From assembly GCA_016933055.1 (NCBI GenBank), contig JAFGBS010000004.1:60001-92000 (forward strand): a stretch of DNA of 32,000 nucleotides, given 5' to 3'. The notes below the pieces were generated by a model. The model ran no database searches. It saw nothing but the letters and a program-made list of their open reading frames with translations, and was not told the DNA's origin. The translations under genes and the position numbers were made by a program. Source of the DNA: Promethearchaeota archaeon (GTDB lineage: Archaea; Asgardarchaeota; Lokiarchaeia; Sigyniarchaeales; Promethearchaeaceae). This document shows, piece by piece, positions 25,255 to 32,000 of this stretch (the stretch's first letter is position 1; every line of letters starts with the position of its first letter).

Positions 25255-27357
25255 ATGACTATAGAAATAAACTCAAAATTTACCATTCAAGAGGAATTTG
25301 GACTAAATCCTAAAAAACGAGTTGTACAAAATAATCTGAAAATGCATTGTAACAATTGCGATCACTATTCGATCCCACCAATAGGACGATATAAGAATAA
25401 TCTTATTTGTTTAGAGTGTGCATTATCTGCGATATGTTCACTACCAAAAGAAGTTCAAGTCGCTAAGATAGGTTTTGATGAAGATCTTTTCACTCCTAAC
25501 AAGGACAACCGGATATTAAAGAAATTAACACGATACTATAATTTATGGCTTAATGTAAGAGGTATTTCTCATATCAACGAAAAGAATGAGTGTGTTTTTA
25601 AAAACACTTCACAGTTTGATCATTTTCTTATTGACTTATGCCATTTTCAGCAGAATAAATCCCCGAAACCATGCAAGTTCTGTAAAAAAATACTTGAAAA
25701 AGCCCTCAAAAAAGAATTTATACTCAATTCCTTGATTTGTAATCTCCCCTTAGCAAGAGAATGGATAGGTGACCTAATATTCATTGGTCCATACAGTGTG
25801 AAAAACCAGATCCAGTTTCCATCGAATGACACAGAAATGGTGGAAGTTGCATCTTATGAAATTACCCTAAATTCTCTCTACACCATTATGGTATATAAAA
25901 AACATCTGATGGAATACTACATAGAGATTTATCATAATTTCGGTTCAAAATCAACAGAATTTTATAATACCATCATAAAACACGTATTAAATAATATTCC
26001 CGATTTAGAATTTACTCATCTACTCCCTATAGGGACGATTGTGGAAAAAACTGTCGTTCATATTTCGAATTATTTAAAATTGAACTATCATAATCTTGAT
26101 TCCAATGAAATTTGTAAATTAGCTCTATTTATTTCGCTAAAAAAACTCCGTCTCGGTTTGCTATTTCCCTTTTTAATTGACGACAATATTGATGAAATAT
26201 ATCTAGACGGCCCCCAAGACAAACTATATTTAGATCATCGAGATTATGGTCGATGCATGACATCTATTCGGTTGTCTGAAGAAGATATTGAAGCAATACA
26301 AACCTTTGTAAGGATTTCTAGTAATAAACGATTGGATTCAACAAATCCCACTCTCAAATGTTCGATTTCCAACCAATACTTTCATTGTAGATTTGCAGTA
26401 GATATTTCTCCCGGGGTTTTATCTGGATTTGCATTTAATATTCGGAAGATGAACAGAAAGATTTTTTCACTTCCAGAATTGATACATCGAGGCATGCTTT
26501 CAGCCCAAATGGGGGCTTTTCTTTATCTATGCGTAGAAAACAGAATAAACATTACCGTGGCCGGGGAAACCAATTCAGGAAAAACTACGCTGATTAACAG
26601 TCTAGATCTGTTGGTCCCTTCACAATCACGTAAAATATATGTAGAAGAATCACCAGAATCAATAGATCAGTCATTTACATACTGTCATCAACTTAAATAT
26701 CAAGTAGATCCCGTCAATATCAATTCTACGAAAACTACAGAAATATACAGATTATTACATAGAAATCCAGATGTCGTCTATTTAGGGGAAATTTTAACTA
26801 GAGAAGAAGCGCACGCAATGTTCCATTGTTTAAGTGCAGGGTTGAGAGGATTTCAAACAATACACGCAAGAGACTTAAACTCATTGTTAAACCGTTGGCA
26901 ATATCATTTTGATATTGATCCTGTTTGTTTTAATGATTTGGGGATCGTGATCGTGCTCAACCGTAGACTTATGAGAAGGCACATAACTGACATCGTCGAG
27001 ATTCACTGTACTGGAGGGAAAGTAATTCAAAATCCCATTTATAAATATAATCCTGAAACAACTTCATGGAATCCTCCCATAAGCTGGGACAACCTTAGAA
27101 TATTTCAACGTTTACTGCTACCTCAAAGAAAGATCGACGAAATGGATAAAAAACTTCATTTTTATGAAGAGGTTCTTAATGCTCTTTCTCAAAAACAGAA
27201 ATGGGATATAAAAGAACAGATACTTTTTTTCCTGATGATACAAGCAAAATTGAATAAATCAAATCTTATGGATAATTCAATTGATTGGGCAGAGATTAGA
27301 GCATTTTTGAAAGATTCACAAGCAGAACGGAGTAATGAGTCATGGGAGAAATTTTAG
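25255..27357 (+). CDS. Type II/IV secretion ATPase (TadA/CpaF/ArlI/VirB11 family) with long Cys-rich N-terminal extension
   Basis: IDEIYLDG, CRFAVD, FNIRK, Walker A GETNSGKTT, VEESPE, HRNPDVVYLGEI, FQTIHA His box. Confidence 0.92.
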   Translation: MTIEINSKFTIQEEFGLNPKKRVVQNNLKMHCNNCDHYSIPPIGRYKNNLICLECALSAICSLPKEVQVAKIGFDEDLFTPNKDNRILKKLTRYYNLWLNVRGISHINEKNECVFKNTSQFDHFLIDLCHFQQNKSPKPCKFCKKILEKALKKEFILNSLICNLPLAREWIGDLIFIGPYSVKNQIQFPSNDTEMVEVASYEITLNSLYTIMVYKKHLMEYYIEIYHNFGSKSTEFYNTIIKHVLNNIPDLEFTHLLPIGTIVEKTVVHISNYLKLNYHNLDSNEICKLALFISLKKLRLGLLFPFLIDDNIDEIYLDGPQDKLYLDHRDYGRCMTSIRLSEEDIEAIQTFVRISSNKRLDSTNPTLKCSISNQYFHCRFAVDISPGVLSGFAFNIRKMNRKIFSLPELIHRGMLSAQMGAFLYLCVENRINITVAGETNSGKTTLINSLDLLVPSQSRKIYVEESPESIDQSFTYCHQLKYQVDPVNINSTKTTEIYRLLHRNPDVVYLGEILTREEAHAMFHCLSAGLRGFQTIHARDLNSLLNRWQYHFDIDPVCFNDLGIVIVLNRRLMRRHITDIVEIHCTGGKVIQNPIYKYNPETTSWNPPISWDNLRIFQRLLLPQRKIDEMDKKLHFYEEVLNALSQKQKWDIKEQILFFLMIQAKLNKSNLMDNSIDWAEIRAFLKDSQAERSNESWEKF

Positions 27358-27746
27358 AAAGGGGATTGATGATCGGTTTTGGTCTGACAATCACAATCTT
27401 CTTATTTTCTGTATTTTCACCCGTTATCTCTTTAATATTCTCCGATGTATCTTCTATGGATCAATATGACATGTTTATTTTTACCATACAGTATGGCATA
27501 ACATACAATCCTCAGTATCCCGAAGAAGAATTATGTATCAATGCGTCCATATCCTTTGAAATCTCCTTGGAGGTGGAGGAAACAGATCAATTTTCCTATT
27601 TAACACTAAACACTAAATTTAAATCCATCACCTTTTTCAGCTCAAAATCAATTATTTTGCTAAATTATACCGTACAAGGGGATATTCAATGTATTTTCTA
27701 TTACCCATTGGATGCCATTATATTGAGTTTTTGGGAGAGGACTTAA
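27342..27746 (+). CDS. Pilin-like / minor pilin protein
   Basis: N-terminus MGEILERGLMIGFG mirrors the Flp pilin GSLLEYGLIVGFS; hydrophobic helix followed by a beta-rich domain; lies between ATPase and platform genes. Confidence 0.55.
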   Translation: MGEILERGLMIGFGLTITIFLFSVFSPVISLIFSDVSSMDQYDMFIFTIQYGITYNPQYPEEELCINASISFEISLEVEETDQFSYLTLNTKFKSITFFSSKSIILLNYTVQGDIQCIFYYPLDAIILSFWERT

Positions 27747-27791
27747 ATTCTGATATCAGCTCTTGCTAATTTTTATCGCAAACTCCCATTA

Positions 27792-29231
27792 TTGAAGCGA
27801 TTAAGACTAAAATCATTAAAACCAGAACTTCAAGAATTAATATATTTTGATTTCTCTATACAATCTGAACAAATTGCCTTAGGCTCCATAGTAATAAGCG
27901 GAATAATCACCCTCCCTTGCATCATTCTTTCCCTTATAGTGAATATTCCCAGACACTTCTTGGTGTTTCCTGGGATATTATTTTTTGGCATTAACATCTT
28001 TCTCCTTCATATTTATCCACGGCACTATCAGAAGCAGGCTGATGAAATCAACTCCCTCTTTCCCTTGTTTCGTAATTGTATTGAAATGTATTTATCCATA
28101 CTTCCAAAAGATCATGATGTATGTACGTTTTTGATCTCTTTTTTGGCAAGTATTCCTTCCCCTATCCAAGACACCTTTAAAAGAGTCCAACAATCGATTC
28201 AACAGGGAAATTTGCCAGAAAAGATTCTCCTTTCGTATAAGTGTCCCTCTTCGCTATTGGAAGAGTATTTAAAAGCATTGTTGCTTAGCAAGTATCATTC
28301 ACAAAAATCTTCTTTAATGTTAGACACTCCTTTAGAAAACCGTTATAAAATCTATTCCCACTCGTTGGAGAGTCGTATCAGCATTATTTTCTTCCTTGGA
28401 TTGTTTATTCCATTAGGATTTAGTTTAGGCGTGTTCTTACAGAAAATTAATGGGATCCTCCTTCTAAGCTCTTCCCCCATATTATTTATCCTCCTTCTTA
28501 TTTTAACTAGAAAAATCACAACAGACAATTTAATCTTACTTGGTACTGTTTCACGATCAAGCAAATCTTTAAAAATCGAGTACCTTGTTCTTTGGGATTT
28601 TTTTTACAGATTATCCACGAATTTAATGAATATGGCTCCTGAAACTGCGCTTATACAAGCAATAGAATCTACTAATCTTATCCAAAGTTCTGCTATTCGG
28701 AAATATTTGTATCAATTGAAATCATATACACTCCCATTAGAAGAATTTCTAAATAAATTTTATAAAACCCTACAAGGGGCACGAATTCGATTGGTTTTTT
28801 CAACATTGATATTCATGATAACCAGTAGCTGTGAAGTCACATCGGAAAAACTCTTCCAACTACTTCTGGTTTTAAAACATCACCGAGAATTAGAATCTCA
28901 GAGGCTCCAAACACTTAAGGGAGAGATGTTCAAAGTAAAATCGTTTCAGATTATCTTACCGATAATTATAAGCTTGATGACAACCTTGTTTCTGCTAATC
29001 TCCTCAAATATTTCCCCTTCTTCTTTCTTATTTTCTTTTTCCATGCCTTTGACAAATAAAATTCTTTTTTCTGTCAATCAACTGATTTCTGCTCATATAA
29101 GTATCTATTTTTTTCGGAGAGCCGTGGGTTTAAGATATTCGATGAGCACTATCATATATTGTACTGTTTTTTTCCTGTTAGTAGCCTTACTCGGACTTAT
29201 TTTATTTAATAAATTCCCTTTTGTCTTTTAG
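27792..29231 (+). CDS. Type IV pilus inner-membrane platform protein (TadB/TadC/ArlJ/GspF-like)
   Basis: Three TM blocks separated by two soluble helical domains (…EINSLFP…; …APETAL…); directly downstream of the ATPase; TTG start. Confidence 0.75.
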   Translation: MKRLRLKSLKPELQELIYFDFSIQSEQIALGSIVISGIITLPCIILSLIVNIPRHFLVFPGILFFGINIFLLHIYPRHYQKQADEINSLFPLFRNCIEMYLSILPKDHDVCTFLISFLASIPSPIQDTFKRVQQSIQQGNLPEKILLSYKCPSSLLEEYLKALLLSKYHSQKSSLMLDTPLENRYKIYSHSLESRISIIFFLGLFIPLGFSLGVFLQKINGILLLSSSPILFILLLILTRKITTDNLILLGTVSRSSKSLKIEYLVLWDFFYRLSTNLMNMAPETALIQAIESTNLIQSSAIRKYLYQLKSYTLPLEEFLNKFYKTLQGARIRLVFSTLIFMITSSCEVTSEKLFQLLLVLKHHRELESQRLQTLKGEMFKVKSFQIILPIIISLMTTLFLLISSNISPSSFLFSFSMPLTNKILFSVNQLISAHISIYFFRRAVGLRYSMSTIIYCTVFFLLVALLGLILFNKFPFVF

Positions 29232-29530
29232 AGAAAGATATTGGAGATAAGTTGAACTATAAATATTATACTCCACACAACCTTGAAAATGGTGCAAAAA
29301 TAATTTAATGCAAAATAAATACATATAATTTCACTTCCAAGATAATCAAGAATCGTGTTCAATTGATTTAGTAATCTATGCACAATGATAAATGAAAGAA
29401 TAAAAGGAACCGTAATAATAATGAACGCTATTATATCTGTTGAGCTTAAAAGAAATACCATACCTATAAGCCAAAATGAAATCAGAAGAGATAATTTAAA
29501 AAAAATATAAGATTCTGTAAACAATGTCAT
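29228..29530 (-). CDS. Small multi-pass membrane protein
   Basis: Highly hydrophobic 100 aa; co-oriented with the V4R genes. Confidence 0.55.
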   Translation of the reverse strand: MTLFTESYIFFKLSLLISFWLIGMVFLLSSTDIIAFIIITVPFILSFIIVHRLLNQLNTILDYLGSEIICIYFALNYFCTIFKVVWSIIFIVQLISNIFL

Positions 29531-29565
29531 GGGTAATTTGGGATATCAAATGACTATATAAACGA

Positions 29566-30063
29566 CTATAATTCGACTTCTCGTTTTTCAATAAGAAATC
29601 TACATACGTCAGAGTCCGGATCAACAATTGAGCAATCTAATTCCTCTACTTTTACATTATATAGTGAAAAATCCCCGAAACCTGTCAATAGTCCACTTAG
29701 AAAGAAACAAATATCTTTCGAAAAACTACCCTCTTCTTGAGAAACATTATTTTTTAAATTGATAATCACCCGTTCTTCAGAGATTTCTTCGGCAGTGAAT
29801 AAACCCCATCCGGTCGCACTAATCATATCTAAAAAGAGTGTGGTTAATTCCTCAAGATTATTTGGACGAACATGTTCTTCCCAATTCTCTATCAATCTTC
29901 GCCCCATCTTTTTTCCTAGGTATTTAAGGAGCGGTTTCGATCCTTCTCCATAAATCTGACCTAATAAAGATATTATGTTAGGAGGGACAAACACAATTCG
30001 TTCTCCAAATAACTTTACAATTCCGTCTTTTGATTCTATACCCCTCATTCTAAAATCTTTCAT
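29566..30063 (-). CDS. V4R / TRAPP(Bet3)-like fold protein
   Basis: LKYLGKKMGRRLIE, GWG, ICFFLSGLLTG, EELDC…DVCRF motifs. Confidence 0.85.
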   Translation of the reverse strand: MKDFRMRGIESKDGIVKLFGERIVFVPPNIISLLGQIYGEGSKPLLKYLGKKMGRRLIENWEEHVRPNNLEELTTLFLDMISATGWGLFTAEEISEERVIINLKNNVSQEEGSFSKDICFFLSGLLTGFGDFSLYNVKVEELDCSIVDPDSDVCRFLIEKREVEL

Positions 30064-30080
30064 ATTTTTCTACTCCATCT

Positions 30081-30602
30081 CTAACTGATAAATTCAAATT
30101 CAAAAACACATGGCTTTTGGGATTCCATCGAAATATCCGTCAATTTAGGAAACACCTCTGCGCCAGCAAATGCTAGAGATCCTAAAAAAATGCCACTATA
30201 TAAATTAGAAATGAGAGTAGCATCTTGTTTGGATTGTACCTCTTGCACGATGGAATTGAATACGGAAATCTTCACACTAGTATTCTCAATATAACTCATT
30301 TCAAATTTCCCATAACCCATATTCATCAAGTTCACTAACAATTCCTGAAAAAGTTGCTTTTTGGACTTTATTTTTCGGTTTTCTTGGATATTTTTACACA
30401 ATGCTTTTCCTATAGTTTTTCCCGTCCAAATTAAAATATCTTCTGATCCACTCCCTATTAGATCTCCTAGTTGAACCAAATCATAAGGACGCATTATCAC
30501 TAAAGCGAAATCCGTGTCTTTCAAGTAAATATGGGATTTATCAGAATCTAAAGAAATATTTTTAAGATTTTTTGAAGCCAATCGTCTAAACATTTGAACC
30601 AT
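30081..30602 (-). CDS. V4R / TRAPP(Bet3)-like fold protein, second paralogue
   Basis: WTGKTIGKAL, MGYGKF, LYSGIFLG, KPCVFEF; lacks some V4R cysteines. Confidence 0.75.
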   Translation of the reverse strand: MVQMFRRLASKNLKNISLDSDKSHIYLKDTDFALVIMRPYDLVQLGDLIGSGSEDILIWTGKTIGKALCKNIQENRKIKSKKQLFQELLVNLMNMGYGKFEMSYIENTSVKISVFNSIVQEVQSKQDATLISNLYSGIFLGSLAFAGAEVFPKLTDISMESQKPCVFEFEFIS

Positions 30603-30689
30603 CTGTGCGTTTTGTTATATGTACATTATTTCTGTTTTTTAATTTATCCTTGATCACGCAAGTTTAAAAAACACAAACCATTCATTTCT

Positions 30690-31000
30690 ATGACTAGGAA
30701 GATTAGGAATCTTCTTGAAACTCTTCTTTGAATGAGTGGAGCCGTACCTATAGCGGTAAGCAATCTGAGATATTTGGACGTTCAAATACGATCCGTTACT
30801 ATCGTCGATGAGTAGTGAACTTAGAACGGCAAGTAGCCCAAAGCTCTTCTTGTAGGAGGGGGGTAATTGGGGTTGCACCAATCCGATCAGGCCCGGGAGG
30901 GAGCAATCGTAAGTGCACTATTTTGTGCGACTAATGATTTGCTATGAGACCAGTACCAGTATTGGATTTGGACTGAAAAATATCGAGGATTGGGTCACTT
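30690..31000 (+). ncRNA. ffs: Archaeal SRP (7S) RNA; boundaries approximate
   Basis: Helix 8 GATCAGGCCC-GGGA-GGGAGCAATC (30885-30908); helix 6 with GNAR loop GTAG (30852-30855); two 5' hairpins (Alu-like); TGACT/GGTCA terminal pairing; TTTAAAAA TATA-like at 30663-30670. Confidence 0.9.
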
Positions 31001-31002
31001 TG

Positions 31003-31602
31003 TTAAGGAGTTAGAGGGATAAAGGGAAATAAGAATTCAAGCATATTATAAAAAGCGGTTACTACTCCTCTACCCTGGTTAGCAATCGTAGGAATTAATT
31101 TGAATTTAAGAAATTTAGATAATTGAAAATGGGAGATAATTTGCTCCTCTGATACAATACTTGGTAAATCTCTTTTATTTAAACAAACAACAATTGGGAT
31201 TTGATAAAAATTTTCTCCATAATATAGAAAAAGCTCATTCCATGACCGTGTATTATCTAAGAGAAATGCATATTGAGAATCTGCAACAAAAATAATACCA
31301 TCTAAATTCGTTACTGTGGCAGGTCTTGTACTAGCATAAAAGTCTTGACCCGTGGCAGAATACAATAAGATTTTTAGTTTCCAATCATTTCCCGTGATTG
31401 TGATACTCCCAAAATCAAAAACTAAAGTTCTTCCGGTAGTAGTTTCGATGGATCGTAAATTTTGTTCTTGTCCATAATAATTCATTAGATATTTCAAGGA
31501 GGTTGTTTTACCGGACATCGCGGGTCCAAAATATACAATCTTTATTTGGATTATCTTTGTACTTGAGTATATTATCATTTTTTTATCCCCACAAGCTTTC
31601 AA
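31003..31602 (-). CDS. MglA-like small GTPase (Ras superfamily)
   Basis: IKIVYFGPAMSGKTT, GRTLVFDF, ATGQDFY, DGIIFVADSQ, NKRD; true start may be the second Met. Confidence 0.9.
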   Translation of the reverse strand: MKACGDKKMIIYSSTKIIQIKIVYFGPAMSGKTTSLKYLMNYYGQEQNLRSIETTTGRTLVFDFGSITITGNDWKLKILLYSATGQDFYASTRPATVTNLDGIIFVADSQYAFLLDNTRSWNELFLYYGENFYQIPIVVCLNKRDLPSIVSEEQIISHFQLSKFLKFKLIPTIANQGRGVVTAFYNMLEFLFPFIPLTP

Positions 31603-32000
31603 TTAAGTCCTCTTTATATTTCATGGGTTCTGTCTCAATTTCTCCTGTAAAAATTTCGCCCCACTCCGCTTTAATAAATTGAGTCAATCGACTAAAGGAG
31701 GCATTAGAATAGGATACTGTATCTAAAATTGTCTGATCACTCAGTTCCGTCTTCACATTTAACGAATTCAAAATCGATATTTTATTTAATATAGAAAATA
31801 CTCTTCGAGCAGCATTATAAAATTCCAGAATTTGGATCTTGAAAATATTTCGTTTTAGATTCTGCTCTTCAAAGCTAAAATCTAATAGTTCCTCCCGTAA
31901 TTCTTTAGAAAAATTTTTGAGTAGAGACAATCTTTGTTCAAAAATTCGGCGCATTTTCGTAATCGAATTATCAACAAATGTAATTGCTTTAGAATATATC
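31583..32000 (-). CDS. Hypothetical helical protein, 5'-truncated by the window edge
   Basis: The frame stays open upstream of the tracked ATG (31954) to the window end (IYSKAITFVDNSITKM…); overlaps the GTPase start. Confidence 0.6.
   Translation of the reverse strand, partial: IYSKAITFVDNSITKMRRIFEQRLSLLKNFSKELREELLDFSFEEQNLKRNIFKIQILEFYNAARRVFSILNKISILNSLNVKTELSDQTILDTVSYSNASFSRLTQFIKAEWGEIFTGEIETEPMKYKEDLIESLWG

Noticed and set aside
24337-29231. Archaellum operon
   Set aside because: No archaellin, ArlH (RecA-like ATPase), ArlF/G or chemotaxis genes; the pilin is Flp-sized.
23372-29953. Short ORFs 23372-23677, 23989-24237, 25647-25832, 28352-28564, 29759-29953
   Set aside because: Antisense shadows of cdc6, wHTH, ATPase, platform and V4R genes.
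30654-30881. 75-aa minus-strand ORF
   Set aside because: Antisense to the SRP RNA.
1-32000. CRISPR arrays, transposases/integrases, rRNA, selenocysteine read-through
   Set aside because: No regularly spaced direct repeats, no recombinase motifs or att duplication at tRNA-Glu, no rRNA signatures, and no TGA-terminated ORF with an obvious in-frame continuation.

Overview
AT-rich archaeal chromosomal window, most consistent with an Asgard archaeon (Lokiarchaeia-like). This is inferred from the gene set and protein style, not from a database hit. The housekeeping core comprises TFB, rpl15e with RNase P proteins Rpp30/Pop5, rpl3-rpl4-rpl23, rps17e, an MtaB/CDKAL1-type methylthiotransferase, a SPOUT methyltransferase and Cdc6/Orc1. 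Three RNA genes are absent from the ORF track but readable from sequence: tRNA-Glu(CTC), RNase P RNA and SRP (7S) RNA. The most notable accessory parts are: (i) a compact Flp/Tad-like type IV pilus locus beside cdc6, with a Flp-type pilin, a leaderless pilin-like protein and mirror-image divergent promoters; (ii) a tandem V4R/TRAPP(Bet3)-like pair near an MglA-like small GTPase; (iii) a strongly divergent second TFB; (iv) three apparent pseudoenzymes (PAP2, Nif3, gamma-carbonic anhydrase folds); (v) two unexplained structured intergenic regions; and (vi) a 58-aa winged-helix ORF missed by the ORF track. No CRISPR array, transposase, integrase or rRNA was seen.
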